From NCBI RefSeq assembly GCF_009914755.1, contig NC_060930.1: a stretch of 64,000 nucleotides of DNA; one strand, 5' to 3'. The position numbers and the translations under genes were made by a program. This DNA comes from the human T2T-CHM13v2.0 reference genome, Homo sapiens. This document shows positions 1 through 16,743 of the stretch, piece after piece. Under the pieces are notes generated by a model. The model did no database searches and was not told where the DNA came from. It saw nothing but the letters and a program-made list of their open reading frames with translations. Numbering within the stretch: position 1 is the stretch's first letter; each line of letters begins with the position of its first letter.

Positions 1-350
1 TGTAGCTATAGCTATTGCTTCAAAATATACAGTCCCCAAATACCAGCAGCATACAACAATAAGAATTTTTTTCTCACAGATCTGCACATCCACCAATAAA
101 GCTCTGTGATCTCAGCTGGGTTCACTCACATGTCTGGGAGTCAGCTGGATTTAGCAGGGTAGCTCTGCTTCACTCCACAGGCCTACCTTTCTCAGGTGTG
201 CTCCACATCTGATTCTGAGACCCAGGCTGAAGGGCAGCAGCCTCCTGGGACAGCCCTTCTCTTAACAACAGTGAAAACACAAAGGGCAGGTCAAAACAAG
301 CAAGCACACAAGTCACTGCTTGCACCCCACTTCTTAACATTCTACCCACA
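1..350 (-). mobile_element. Old MaLR LTR fragment (MLT1K/L-like)
   Basis: Motifs ccccaaa..cagc..acaacaataag..ttctcaca and acccaggctgaagggcagcag are typical of MLT1. Confidence 0.55.
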
Positions 351-2343
351 TGCCTGAGCTCCTTCAAGGACATTTTATATACATATCAGCACTATCCAGT
401 GAAGTCAATGAGACCTGCCATTTCTCATAGGAACTCTAGTTTAAAAAAAAAATTTGAGCCTTATTCATAACTAGAAGAGAATGCCTATGCTCTTTGCCAA
501 AATTTAAAAAAAAAACACTAATTCATATATTTGTATATGCATTAAACAACTCAAGTTAATACTTGTAGTTTCTATTATCCTATTTCTAAATAAAATGTAA
601 TGCATAAAGTTATTTGCAAAGGAGATAGTTTGAATTTTGTCCTCACTGAACAAAGAGGCAAATCTTAGTTCTGTTCTTTCTTTTCCCAATGTATTCTCTC
701 TCCTTTTCCTCCACATTTATCTCTAAATATAAAAGTATGCAGTTTTACTTTAGTAAGATTTAGAATTAAATCGCCTCTATGACTCACCACTCATGTCTAG
801 CAGAAGATACACAATTTTGGTTAAATCGCTCCCAAAGTAATAAGCCTAAAGTCTTCTTTTCTGGCTTTCAGGAAGCCTAGAGAGAGCTGACCTGCTAATG
901 AAATGACATTTGTGTAATAATCCCTGGGTCTCTTAGGAGTGTTTCCAATAAATGAAATTCAATGGCATTACAAAACGAAAAGTGCTATCACAAGAAAGGA
1001 TGTTGGGAATTCCAGATGGTGTGTGTGCGTGTGCATGTGTGTGTACTGCATTTGCATAGATAATTGTTGGAGTTTGATGGACAGTTTTACATCTTTTAAA
1101 AAGTAATAATGTACAGAAATTACAAGTCAGAAGAGGAGATGAAGGAAAATAGACACTTAGACACTTTCCTGTACCATTAGTAGACATTTCAAAGGATGCA
1201 AACATTCTAGGGAAAAATACGACAATGCTTAGTGAACATTAGTATGAATTGTTTTTACCTGATAAGGAGTTTAAAAATTTTAAACTACATGCAGTTTAGA
1301 GAAGGTTGAATTTTACTGGCCAGATTAAAATGCATTATATCAAACGGGCAAAACTATTATATTCTAAAATAAGAATATTAATCCCAATAGCTCCAGTTAC
1401 AATAGACACTCTTTATATACATAACGCTATAGTAGGAATAAGTGTATGCAGGTAAAACAAATAACACTGGAATCCAAGAAAGAGATGCTTTTATAGACTC
1501 TGAATTGGAAACAGTATTAAGGTAGAAAATAAGATTGCAGACAACAGGGCTTGGACAGTAAATCAAGGTAATTTACTGACCTTGAATGTACAAAAGCACT
1601 TTGAACGTGATACATTCTAGTCAGGGTCAAAATTCTCATTGATCTATACTGCCTCACCTGTTCTGCTAGACACTCTGAAATAGTTACAAACACATTTTTA
1701 CATGTGCCAAGCTGATTACAGATGAGTGAAACCAAATTGGATGCTATTGCAAGAACATAGTCCCTTTTCAAAGATACAGCTGCTACTCGGAAACAGTGTT
1801 TTTGTTGCCATAAAGGAGTAAAGACCCAGTGGGCTAGGTTTTGAGTTTTTCAAGAAAGTATAGAAGAAACAATATTTGCCTTGAACTTCGTGATTTTTTA
1901 ATGTATTTTATTTTACTTGGGAATTCAGGAACACAAACTCAATTTAGTAATATTACTCAGTATATGATGAACGATTCTAGTCAATTCTATAAGACCCAGT
2001 TCTTATTTATAAATTTCATATCTATATTTTATTAGATTTCATTTTAATACAATTTAAGTATTTCATTTTATTTTTCCCTTCATCATCTTCTGGGTACATA
2101 CACCTTTCTATTCCTTATGTACCTCTCTAATGTTTTGGATATATAGCTGTGGTGTATATTGTTATAAAATACATGAATATTTACCAAATACGCAATGTAC
2201 TTTTGTGTATTTTTTCAAATTTACTTTAAATGGTAATAAGCTATTAATAATCTTTAGCAAAGTCAACATTATATATTTAATCTACATTAGTATACCTTCG
2301 AAGAATCCTATATGTCTTAACCACTTAATATTTCTACTGGTAC

Positions 2344-2703
2344 TGTCATGGACTACCTTGTGTCCTCCCAAAAATATGTGTTGAAATTTTACCCTCCAGA
2401 ACCTTTGAATGTGACTTTATTTGGAAGTAGGGTTATTACAGACTTAATTAAATTAAGGCAAGATCATTAAGATGGGCCCTAATCCAATATGTTTGATATC
2501 TTTTATAAATGGGGGAAATTTGGGCACAAAGACAGAGAAGAACACCACAGGAAGAGAAAGGGAGAGATTGGGGTGACACATCTATAAGCCAAATGCCAAA
2601 GATTGCTGGCAAATCACCAAAGCTGGAAGAGAGGCATGGAACAGATCCTCCCTCACAGCCCCCAGAAGGAATCAACCTCACTGACACTTTGATTTCAGAC
2701 TTC
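2344..2703 (+). mobile_element. MLT1C-like MaLR LTR, 3'-truncated
   Basis: tgtcatggac..tgtgtcctcccaaaa start; gagattggggtga..ctataagcca..gattgctggc..gaggcatggaacagat..ccagaaggaatcaacc..ttgatttcagacttc; then stops abruptly. Confidence 0.8.
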
Positions 2704-3044
2704 ATGGAATGGGTCCAAAGCAACCAGAGTTGCCACTTTCCAACCCAAAAACAAAAATTAAGAAAACGAGTAAAGAAGAAGTAAAGCAATTGAAACAGAA
2801 AGAAAGAGAAAATTATGAGGGAGGGAAGGTAGGAGCATGAGAGAACAAGAGTTACTGCCACGTTGGTGTATTTTGTTCAGTACTTCATCGATGCCATGCC
2901 CGAACAACTGAAAGAGGTGGCAGTTCTGAGCTCCCTGGTCCATCAAGAGATTCAATGATCTTTAGCGTGTCTCACTTATTAATAAACATTTGTTTTCTTT
3001 AAATAAAGAAAAACACTTATTTGATTTCCTGATTTCTCCTGTAG

Positions 3045-3149
3045 GTCATTTCAATATCAGAGTAAAGGGCAACAATGTGTGGTAATGGCTGAAAACAGGA
3101 AGTCCTCCACAATCATGAGGATGAGATGTCAGTTCGTTTGAAAAGAAAG
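3045..3149 (+). pseudogene. Pseudo-exon homologous to plasminogen exon 3 (C-terminal half of PAN/activation peptide)
   Basis: ctgtag|GTCATTTCAATATCAG...GAAAAGAAAG|gtgagt reads [27 protein letters not shown], then CQFV*. PLG as recalled: [35 protein letters not shown]. 105 nt versus 107 nt in PLG gives a 2-nt frameshift. Confidence 0.95.
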
Positions 3150-3613
3150 GTGAGTACATTTTCTTCTTCCTCCTCCTTCTCCTCTCCTCCCCCTCCTCTC
3201 ACTCCCCCTCCTCCTCTTTTATGTCTTTAATTTATGAGACCAGAGAAGGAAGGGACTATGGCATAGTGAAATTGAATTCTGAGTTAGGACAGGATTTGAT
3301 TACTAATTAGCCATGTCAACTTGAGTATATTATTTCACCTCTTGGGTTTCATTTTTTGTAGTTGTTCAAAAAATGAAGGGATTGGATTTACAAAATCATA
3401 CCTACCCCTATGACCCTGAAAATGGGATATTTGAAATATTATTTCATATTTAAGGAAGAAATGGGAAGTCTAAGCAATCCTTATGATCTTGGCTTCTTAT
3501 TCTGCAAGGTCACCATGGCCCAGGTCTCTAATTTCTGGACCAAAGCCTTGTAAAATAGAAATACTGTGGCTTTTTCATCCTCAGTAACAGTCAAATAGGA
3601 ACAAAAATTCTTA

Positions 3614-3785
3614 TTTTATTTTGTATGGTTTTGAGAGTCTCACTGTGCCATCCAGACTGGAGTTCAGTGGTGCGATCGCAGCTCACTTCAGCCTCTGCCT
3701 CCTGGGTTCGAGCAATTCTAGTGCCTCAGCCTCCCAAGTGGCTGGGACTACAGTTGTGTACCACCATGCCCAGCTAATTTTTGTA
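3614..3785 (-). mobile_element. 5'-truncated Alu (right arm only) with TSD
   Basis: Alu right-arm sequence flanked by AAAAATTCTTA at 3603-3613 and 3786-3796. Confidence 0.9.
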
Positions 3786-4354
3786 AAAAATTCTTAGCTT
3801 TATTCTTAAATTTTCCATGTTTTGGGGGACATGGTCTATATTTTCCTCAGACTCTGAAAAATTTTTTTAATGTGCAAAAGTTGCAGTTCCTTTTCTACAG
3901 TTTCTTTTAAAATGTGGATCAGTAGTCTCATTGTTTAGAATAAGAGGTGGCCTGGATTTCAGTAGAAATTGCATGTCTTTTTAGATATGCAAAAGTTCCA
4001 CTAAGTGTATGAAGATTTAAAGGGATGTATGACAGTTTAAAAACTGTTTCCTATGCTGTGTTGGTGGCTAGGTATTAAGATGGTTAATAACAACAATTTA
4101 GCTCTCCAAAGATTCTGCATCACAGGTGTTAAAGAGGAAAGGAAACAAACACCCTAGTTCTTGTATTCTTGATAATGATTTGCAATATTGTTTTTAGTAT
4201 CACTGCAAACCTCTGTAAGTATGATTTTAAAAAGTACTTCTTTAGGTTGGAATTATTTCTATGCATTGGCTTGTCTTCTTGTGTTTCATTAGCCGCACCC
4301 ATTGTACTTTCTTCCTTACCACTGTTTATCTCAAACTCTTGAGATTAAAGTGCA

Positions 4355-6545
<2,191 letters not shown>

Positions 6546-6555
6546 TTCGAGGATG

Positions 6556-6945
6556 TAGTTTCATTTATGTCATGAATCTCATTTATCGATTTGTGTATGT
6601 TGAACCAACCTTGAATCCCAGGAATAAAACCTACTTTATTGTGGTGGATTCACTTTTTGATGTACTACTGAATTCAGTTTGCTAGTATTTTATTGAGGAT
6701 TTTTGCATCTATGCTCATCAAGGATATTGGTTTGAAGTTTTCTTTGTTGTTTTGTCTCTACCAAGCTTTAGCATCAGAATGATGCTGGTGACCTCATAAA
6801 ATGAGTTAGTTCTTCCTCTTCAGTTTTTTGGAATCGTTTCAGTAGTCTTGGTCCAAGCACTTCTTTATATGGCTGGTAGAATTTACATGTGAATTTGTCT
6901 GGTCCAAGGCTTTTTCTGGTTGGTAGGTTTTTTTTTTACTGATTC
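6556..6945 (-). mobile_element. Inverted L1 ORF2 fragment
   Basis: tgtatgttgaaccaaccttg..tttgctagtattttattgaggatttttgcatctatg.tcatcaaggatattgg is antisense L1 RT-region sequence. Confidence 0.85.
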
Positions 6946-6959
6946 TGCAACTCAGTTCC

Positions 6960-7187
6960 TTTTTATTTATTTATTTATTTTTGAGACAGAGTCTTGCTCT
7001 GTCGCCCAGGCTGGAGTGAAGTGGCATGGTCTCGGTTCACTGAAACTTCCACCTCCCATGTTCAAGCGATTCTCCTGCCTCAGCCACCCAAGTAGCTGAA
7101 ATTACAGATTGCACCACCACACCCAGCTAATTTTTTGTATTTTTGGTAGAGACGAAGTTCACCATGTTGGCCAGGCTGGTCTGAAAC
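6960..7187 (-). mobile_element. AluS, truncated
   Basis: Poly-T followed by gagacagagtcttgctctgtcgcccaggctggag. Confidence 0.9.
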
Positions 7188-7189
7188 CC

Positions 7190-9300
7190 AGTTTTATGTG
7201 CTCCTGAAAAGAATGTGTCTTCTACAGTTGTTGGGTGGGGTGTTCTCTCAAGGTCATTTAGGTGAAGTTGGTTGCTGGTGTTCTTCTGTATCCTTACTGA
7301 TTGTCTGTCTCCTCCTTCTGTATCCTTACTGATTGTCTGTCTTCTCCTTTATTGACTCCCAAGGGTGAATGGTGATGTGTCTAACTTTAACTGTAGATTA
7401 GTCTGTTTCTCTTTTAGATCATAACTCTGTTTTGTATATTTTGAACCCTATTGTTAGGCACATGTGTATTTATTTAGGATTGTTATGTCTTCTTGATGAA
7501 AGGACCCCTTTATCATTATGTAATGTTTCTTCTTATCTCTGGGAACATTCCTTGTTCTGAAGTTCTGAACTCTGTTTATGATGATATGAATACAGTCTTC
7601 ACAGCTCTATTTTCACTAGTATTTGTTAGATATATCTTTTTCTCAGCTTTTAAATTGAGATGCTCAGACCATTTGCATTAAAGTAATTGCTAATAGGGTT
7701 GAATTTACATCTACCATCAAGTTACTTATTTCTCTTTGTCCCATTTAAACTTTGTTCCTTTTTTCATCTTTTTCTGCCTCATTTGGGTTAAGTGTTTTTA
7801 TGATTGCCTTTTATCTCCACCATTTACTTATGAGTTAAATTAATATTTAACGGTTTTAATATTTTCCTCAATGTTTACAATATACATCTTTGATGTTTCA
7901 CATTCCACCTTGAAATGATACTATTCCACCTTGAAATGATACTATTCTATAAGAACCTTACATCCTTGTGCTTCTAGTTTCTCCCTCCCAAAATGTTGTG
8001 CTATTGCTGTCTCTAACAGAGATCTATAACATCCACTTTGTTATAGATCTCACAATACATTAATTGTGTGACCATTAACTGAATGGTCAGTTGCATTTTA
8101 AAGTGATTATGAATAAACATATTTTAAATATTTCCTTCTTAATTTATTTTACCATTTCTGGTGCTCCTCATCTTTTGGGGTAGATCTCAATTTCCATCTG
8201 TTGTCAGATTCTTTCTGTGAAAAACAACCTTTAGCATTTCTTGTAGCACAGATCTGCTGCTGCTGAAGTTTCAGCTTTTGCATGTCAGAAGAAGTCTTTA
8301 TTTTGCCTTCAGTTTTTAACGTAATTTTGCTGAATATAGATACTAGGTTGAGAGTTTCATTCCTTGCTTTAACGATGATATTCCATTATCTTCTGTTTTA
8401 AATGGTTTCTGACTAGAAATCTGGTATTTCTTCCTATGTATTCAACAGTTCCTTTTTCTGACTGTCTTTAAGATTTTCTTATCTTTGATTTTCAACAGTT
8501 TGACTCTGATGTGTTTATTACTAATTTTTGTTTTTATTCCGCTTGAGGTTTACTGAGCTCCTTGGATTTGTAGATTGTTGATTTTCATTGTCTTTGTAAA
8601 ATTCATAGCCATTATCTGTTCAAATGTTTCTTTTTCCACTTCTCTCTGTATTTTCCTTTTTGGACTCTAAGTACCCCAGTGTTAGAACATCCATGTTGTT
8701 TCATTATTCCTATAAGCTTGTTCTGCTTTTTTTTTCAGTAACTATTTTTCTTTCTTTGTGTGTTGGTTTGGATGAGTTCTAGTAACATATGTACAAGTTT
8801 ATGGATTATTTTGTCAGTTGTATCTAGTTGGCTCCTCAGCCCATTGAGTGAATTCTTCATCTCTGATATTACAATTTTCTTCCTAGCATTTTCATGTTAC
8901 TCTTTTCTATAGTTTCCGTCTCTTCGCTGAAATTCTCTACCTATCCATGCATACTGTCCACTGTTACCACAAAATCCTTTAACATATTAACGTAAGTATC
9001 GTACAATTTCAATCTGATAGTTGTCAGATGGGGTCTTCTCTGAGTCTGGGTCTCTTGATTGCTTTATTATTCAACAGTGCCTTTTTCCCCCCTTGGATTT
9101 TTGGTGTGCCTTGTCATTCTTTAATCAATCACTAGACATTATAAATGGAAGAACAGTAGAGATTGCAGTAAGTATTATTTATACTTTGATATGGGCACCC
9201 TTCTTCTCTTGCAAATATACATTGTGGGTAATTGAGTCAATGTAGTCACTGGTTGAGCTGAATTTGGGATTTGGGTTTGCTACTTTTATCTTAAGTGCAC
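7190..9300 (-). mobile_element. Ancient L1M fragment
   Basis: T-rich degenerate L1 ORF1/ORF2 antisense motifs (gaccc.tttatcattatgtaatg; tttagcatttcttgtag). Confidence 0.7.
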
Positions 9301-10265
9301 CAAGGGTTTAAATTCCTCCAGTGATGGGCTACTATTAATATATTTTGCTTAGAGTGGGGCCTGGGATGTTGAGGAGTTTTCTCAGTGTTCCTAATCGATT
9401 CTCAGATTTCAGCAGTCACTGCATGCCTGCACTGCAGAGGAGATAGCTTCAGACACATAAACTAACCCTACAGATACTCTGCTGTTTCTTGTTACTGAAT
9501 GCCCAGCTTTTGGTGGATGAAGGCAAATGCACTATCTCATGGAACAACTTCAGTCTTAGGCAAGCTGTGTACAAGTAGGCATTGAAAGGAGAGATTTCTC
9601 AGTGTTCTTGCCCCTCCTTCTCATGGAACTTGTATCTGTGGTGAGTTTAAAGAGGAAGAGTAGTAGACTTCTGCTTTGCTGCAATGCAAAATGCTGGGCA
9701 CTAGAAAATTCCCCATCTCTCCACCAAGAGAATAAGATTTGGGCCTCTACCCATTCTTGAGAAGCAAAGGGTGGTTGCCTGCAGTCTTAGAGGCAGGACC
9801 ATTTCCTGACCTATCCTCCAGAAGCTGAAAGAGTTTGGTCTTGTAGGAGCAGTGATATAGAAAAATTTGCAAGGGTTTCATGTCTGCCCCCCAAGACAGC
9901 CAATCACCACCTACAGCCTGCACAGCCTGATACATGGCACTCTGGTCTCCTGCCTTGTTCTCATGAACACCCAGAAGAGGTCTATGCAAAAGAGCATGTG
10001 CATGAGAGCCACTGTGACTGATAGGCACTCTCATCTGTTTTATGGTGTCCAGGTTTTAAAGAAAATCTCTCTAAGAACTCCTTAAGCTTCTAGAATGCTA
10101 TGAATCTATTGTTTTTTTTTATTGGCATGTCCATCTACCTGCTAATATAGAACAGAGCATAGTTGGCATTCTCAGAGAAGACTGTCCTGTTTCTGTCACA
10201 GATTTCTTTCCATGCTTCTCTGTTCTCGAAATTACCCAGCTTGATTTCTTCTTTTTGAATTTCAG

Positions 10266-10417
10266 CACCGACGGAGCAAAGCCGCAGGGTCCAGGACTGC
10301 TACCATGGTGATGGATTGAGGATCATTCTCCACCACTGTCACAGGAAGGACATATCAGTCTTGGTCCTCTGTGACACCACACCAGCATCAGAGGACCACA
10401 GAATACTACCCAAATGG
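10266..10417 (+). pseudogene. LPA-type kringle IV exon 1, copy A (KIV-6/7-like), frameshifted
   Basis: tttcag|CACCGACGGAGCAAAG...TACCCAAATGG|gtatat. Reads (A)PTEQSRRVQDCYHGDG, then an 8-nt deletion, then [33 protein letters not shown]. 152 nt versus the canonical 160. Confidence 0.95.
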
Positions 10418-12131
10418 GTATATCTTCAAGTTTTACCCTAAGAGAAACAGCCACCCACTTACATTTCTCTTGGAAGAGCCATGCTTCCAGCTAACATTTT
10501 AAGACCAAATTTCTCTCTGACCTGGGGTGTTGGGCAGAATGTCTCAGGCTTCTTTCTTTGGGCACAGGGTCTGAGAGGAGAGAAATCTCAGGCTGGCTTT
10601 CTTTCCTAATAGTTTACAGAAGCAGCAGGCTGGTGAGGTCCCATGAACAGAAAGCTCAGGAGAACACATGACTACGTGCTTAGAAATAGTACCATTCCAC
10701 AATGCCCACTAAAGACCAATGTGATCATTCAACCAGGGAATTCTGTCATTCTAATCTCCAAGCCCTGAAGTGAAGGTTGTGTTTGCCATTCTCATCTTGG
10801 GTCCCAAGTAAAGGATATCTATATTGACATCCAGATCTTCCAATCAGTTTCTCCTCTAACCTGTACAAACACACTGGGTCCTGAGCACAAGGTGTCTGAA
10901 GAGCTGTGTGTTGCCAGGACTTGAGGAGCAAAAGTAGGAAGGCTGCTGAGAGTTAGGAAATATAGAGATTCTGAAGAGTTACACATGCAGGAAGATGGAC
11001 AGAAACCCATTTCTGACCATGCCAGGCTTTCTGCCATGAAGGATTAACAAATACATGGGAAAAGTGTTTTTACAGGTTGGACAATAGACATGATAGGCCT
11101 AAGAGAATTGAGAAAGGGAATCAAAGGAGATCAACCCCATCATTAGCCTGGCATTCTTCCTGGAGACCCTTGTTGGACGGAAGGGCAAGAAGATGGAGCC
11201 CAAGCCGACCATAGCAGTCTCGCTGAACTGAGGAGAGAGACTGAAGTTTGTGATGCCTCAGGCAGCTGAGGTGTTCTAGGCTGGCTAAGATTGAGAAGGG
11301 ATTTATGGAGAAAGGAGATCCAGGAATATGTATAGAAGTCTCCTCAAGGCTTTGGCTAAATAGAAAGCTGCGTATGCACAGGGAGAGGTTCCACAAAGAA
11401 AGGAGGATAAAGGACAGCTACTGGGGAAACAACAACTGCAGGGGAACTGTGAGCTCAATGGAGATGCCAGAGCTCACATAGCACTGGGGGATATTTGAGT
11501 TCTGATCACTCTGAGAGAGACACCTCAATGAACAACTTGGGCATTCATTAGAAACCAAAGAAAGCCATATTGTGGGAGTAGGATCATTGTATTCCTAGAG
11601 TAAAGGCAACTCCAGAAACACTCAAGCAAACTTTTTTCCAAGCAACTATAAAAGGATCCAAATGATCTCCAAGTAAATTAACTGCCTTCCAGAAGAAAAC
11701 TCAACCCTCCTTAGAGTTAAGGAACAAAGTCTAGTTGCTCAGTTATGTGGCTTCCTCTACAATATGTGACCTCAATTAAAGATTTACTAGACACACAGGA
11801 AGCATTTAGTGTGATCCATAACCAGGAGAAAAATCACTCAACACAAACAGACCCAGCAATGATAGAAATGACGGCATTGGCAAGAATATTTAAAATGTAC
11901 CTATGAGAACTGTGTTCACGGATGTAAGGAAAACCTGACCATGAGAGAAACAATTGCAGAATATCAAGAGAAAGAAAAAGAATTAAAGAGCCAAATAGAA
12001 ATTAAAGAACTGAGAAAAGGCAATCTGTAAGGAAGAACTCACTGGATGGCCTTATCATCACCTTAGACATTACAATAGTAAAAGTAAACTAGAAAATAAT
12101 TCAATAGAAACTAGACAAACCACAGGATAGA

Positions 12132-12135
12132 CACA

Positions 12136-12190
<55 letters not shown>
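12132..12190. repeat. (TC)n(AC)n compound microsatellite
   Basis: Read directly from the sequence. Confidence 0.95.
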
Positions 12191-12193
<3 letters not shown>

Positions 12194-12624
12194 GACTGAA
12201 CCAACTAATCAACAGAGCCTCAACGACATCTATGAAAACATCCAAACATTTCATATACATGTTAAGCATGTCACAGAAGGAGAGGAAAGAGATACTGTGA
12301 CAGAAATTATACTTGAAGCCATGATGGCTGACAACTTTTCAAATATCCAGAAAACAAGAAACTGTCACAGAGTCAAGAAGCTCAATGACTCAGATATAGA
12401 ATTCTAAAGAGGAAAAGTCTGTGCTCTACTGGGGTACATCATAGTTAAATTGTCCCAGTTCAAAGCTAAGAAGAAAAATCATTTCTAGAAGCCAGAGGAA
12501 GGAAAGAGCCTTTAATGTAGAGGAACAGTGACAGAAAAAGGCTGATGCCATCTCATCAGCAACAATGCAAGTCAGAAGCCATGGAATCACATCTTTAAAA
12601 TGACAAAAGAGAAACAGAAGATCA

Positions 12625-13386
<762 letters not shown>

Positions 13387-15024
13387 TTAAAGAAAGCTAT
13401 TTAGGTAGAAGGAAAATAATACCAGGTAAAAACCTTAATCCATACTATGTAATGAAGAAGCCTGGAAATCGCAAATGTCAAGTTCAATGTAAAAGATTAT
13501 ATTCATCTAATTTATTAATGTCTTTGACAGATCGACTCATTGAAGCAAAATGATAGCAATGTATTTTTTTAACATATGTAAAGGTAAAAGTTTGAAAACA
13601 GTAGCATCAATAATGTTGGGAATCCATGGAACTATACCGTTGTATGTTTGTGATGTTATCCATGATGTTCGGTAATATTAATGTGTGGTTGAATGCAGTA
13701 GGTCCGAGAGGGATACTGTGAGTCCTAGAGCCACCACCAGCATTAAAACATAGAGGAATATATAATAATTAGACTATTCCATTATCCAAAAGAAGGAACG
13801 AAAGGAAGAGTACAGAATAAAGAAGATGAGGTCCAGGCAGAAAATGCATAGCATCCTGACCGACTGAAACTCAGCCCCCTCCTAAGTGAATTCCATGAAA
13901 AAGGATGACACACTGCATATGAAAGGCAGAGATAGTTGAGTAGAGTAAAAAGCAAAGCCCGCTGAGGTTCTTTTACAATCAGAGCCCTTTAAATGGAAAA
14001 GCTGGATGGAAAACCAAAGTATGGAAATGCTATACCTGGAACACGTGAAGCAGAGGAAAGCTGGAGTGGCAATGTCAAGATCAGACAAAGGAGATTTCAG
14101 GACAAGAAATAAGACCAAGATCAGAAGGACATTTCATGAGTGAAAAGGGTTCATCCATGAAGACGTACCAAGGCTAAATGTGTTGTACCCGAATAAGAGC
14201 CCATCTGATATATGAAGCAATGACTGACAGAACTCAAGAGAGAAATAGATAAGCCAATAATCGGAGTTAGAGGTGTCCTTGCTTCTCTTTCACTGTAGTT
14301 ATAAATCTTCCCCAAACACAATAGACTAGAACAAATATGCAAAAAATCAGGCAAAATTCTATTATCCCCTTCACAAAATGTTGACCTACTAAACACTATG
14401 CCAAACTGCAGAATACACATTCAAGTGTGCATGGAGCATTCGCTGAGGTATACCTTACATGTGGCCTTTCAGCAAGTCTCCATAGACTTAAACGAATTAA
14501 AGAGTGTGTTTTCTGAACACAACAGAATGAAGTAATGTATGAATAAGGAAAAGTTTGCCGACTTCTCAAAGAATTGGACGTGAAAAGGCACATTTCAAAA
14601 TATTCATTGAGACATAGAAGAAATCACCAAGGAATTTAGAAAAGCTGTGAACTGGATCAGAAAAGAACACAATCTATCCAAACTTGTAGGATGCAATGAA
14701 TGTTTTTAGGGTTTTCTGTAATGTTAGATGCTCTTAGGAGAAAACAGACATGTAAAAATCAATGATTTCAGACTGCAGTTCTCAAAGTGTGGTCTGGAGA
14801 AACCTGAGGACCCTTGAGATACCTTCAGAGAGAGTCAATAAGGCTAAAACACTTTACATTGAGAAAACGAAGATTTATTGGCCCTTTTCACTTTCATATT
14901 CTAGCAGTGGTACAGTGGAGTTTTCCAGTGGCTCCATAATATGTAATGGCATCATCTCTCTGATGGCTAAGAAAATGGGTGATTATCAGTTTTTTGTGTT
15001 AAAGAATTTTCAGTTTTGGTTTCT

Positions 15025-15644
<620 letters not shown>

Positions 15645-16561
15645 CAGTTTTGGTTTCTAATGCAATAAATACTCGTCATGTATATTGAAAAATGAAAGCT
15701 CCTTAGGATCCCTGATACTTCGTAAGAGTCTCAAGGGGTCCTGTGAGCAAACACTTGACAGTTGTTGATCTAAGATCACAGCTTAAGTATCTAGACAAGG
15801 AAAAGCAAATAAGATTCAAGGAAAGTGAATGGAAGGAAATAATCCAAACTAATTACATCCAGTGGACAAGAAAATAGACCATCAAGGGAGTAAATCCATG
15901 AAACAGAAAGTTGGTTCTTTGAAAAGATCCATATGATTGTCCAAAATCTGGCTAAATAGATGACAGACCCAGGAGGGAGCACAACCATCGCCATTAGGAG
16001 TAACAGGAGAGGCACCATTGCTGTAGCATCCTCCAGGTCTGAAAGCTGAGAAGATATTGAGAACAACTGTATGTTATCAACTCAAGAACATAGATAATAT
16101 GGACCAATTCCTTAGGAGAACAACAAATCAGCAAACTAGATGCCTAATAGATCACATAGTCCTGTAGAGAGACACAGAGAGCTAGAAGGAGGTACATTTG
16201 TATATGCATAAAACAATACAAGACACACCTCAAAGTCTTTCTCGGTTAATCTGGAGGAATGTATTTGGCAGAAGGTGGAAAGAGGGTATTCTGATCCTTT
16301 CTTTTACACATTGATGTTCTCTCTCAGTTTTCTTCTGGAGCATAGACGACTTTGGATGTGTTATAATAAGAATGATAATCTGTCTTTGAAATGTTCACAG
16401 TTGTTTTGAAGTTGAGGATTGTTTGTGCATGTTATGGGACCTTTAGTGAGAATATTTCAAAGTCGCTTGTTAACATTTTGTTACAGCAAAACATAGAGGG
16501 TGCCAGATGCCCTTGTATCTTCTCCCAACTCTTGTGACCTGTATTGTTTTGGAATTTGCAG

Positions 16562-16743
16562 CAGCCTGACCAGGAACAACTGCAAGAATCCAGATGCTGA
16601 GATTCACCCTTGGAGTTACACCATGGGTCCCAGTGTCAGGTGGGAGTACTGCAGCCTGATGCAATGCCTGGTGACAGAATCAAGTGTCCTCATGACTCCC
16701 ACTGTGGTCCTAATTCCAAGCACAGAGACTCCTTTTGAACCAG
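16562..16743 (+). pseudogene. LPA-type kringle IV exon 2, copy A (frame intact, conserved residues altered)
   Basis: ttgcag|CAGCCTGACCAGG...GAACCAG|gtaaga, canonical 182 nt. Reads SLTRNNCKNPDAEIHPWSYTMGPSVRWEYCSLMQCLVTESSVLMTPTVVLIPSTETPFEP. NYCRNPD has become NNCKNPD, and PWCY has become PWSY (a kringle Cys is lost). Confidence 0.96.

Noticed and set aside
7280-7950. Short direct duplications at ~7284-7345 and ~7902-7947 (also ~36240-36284)
   Set aside because: Ordinary two-copy slippage events with no functional context.
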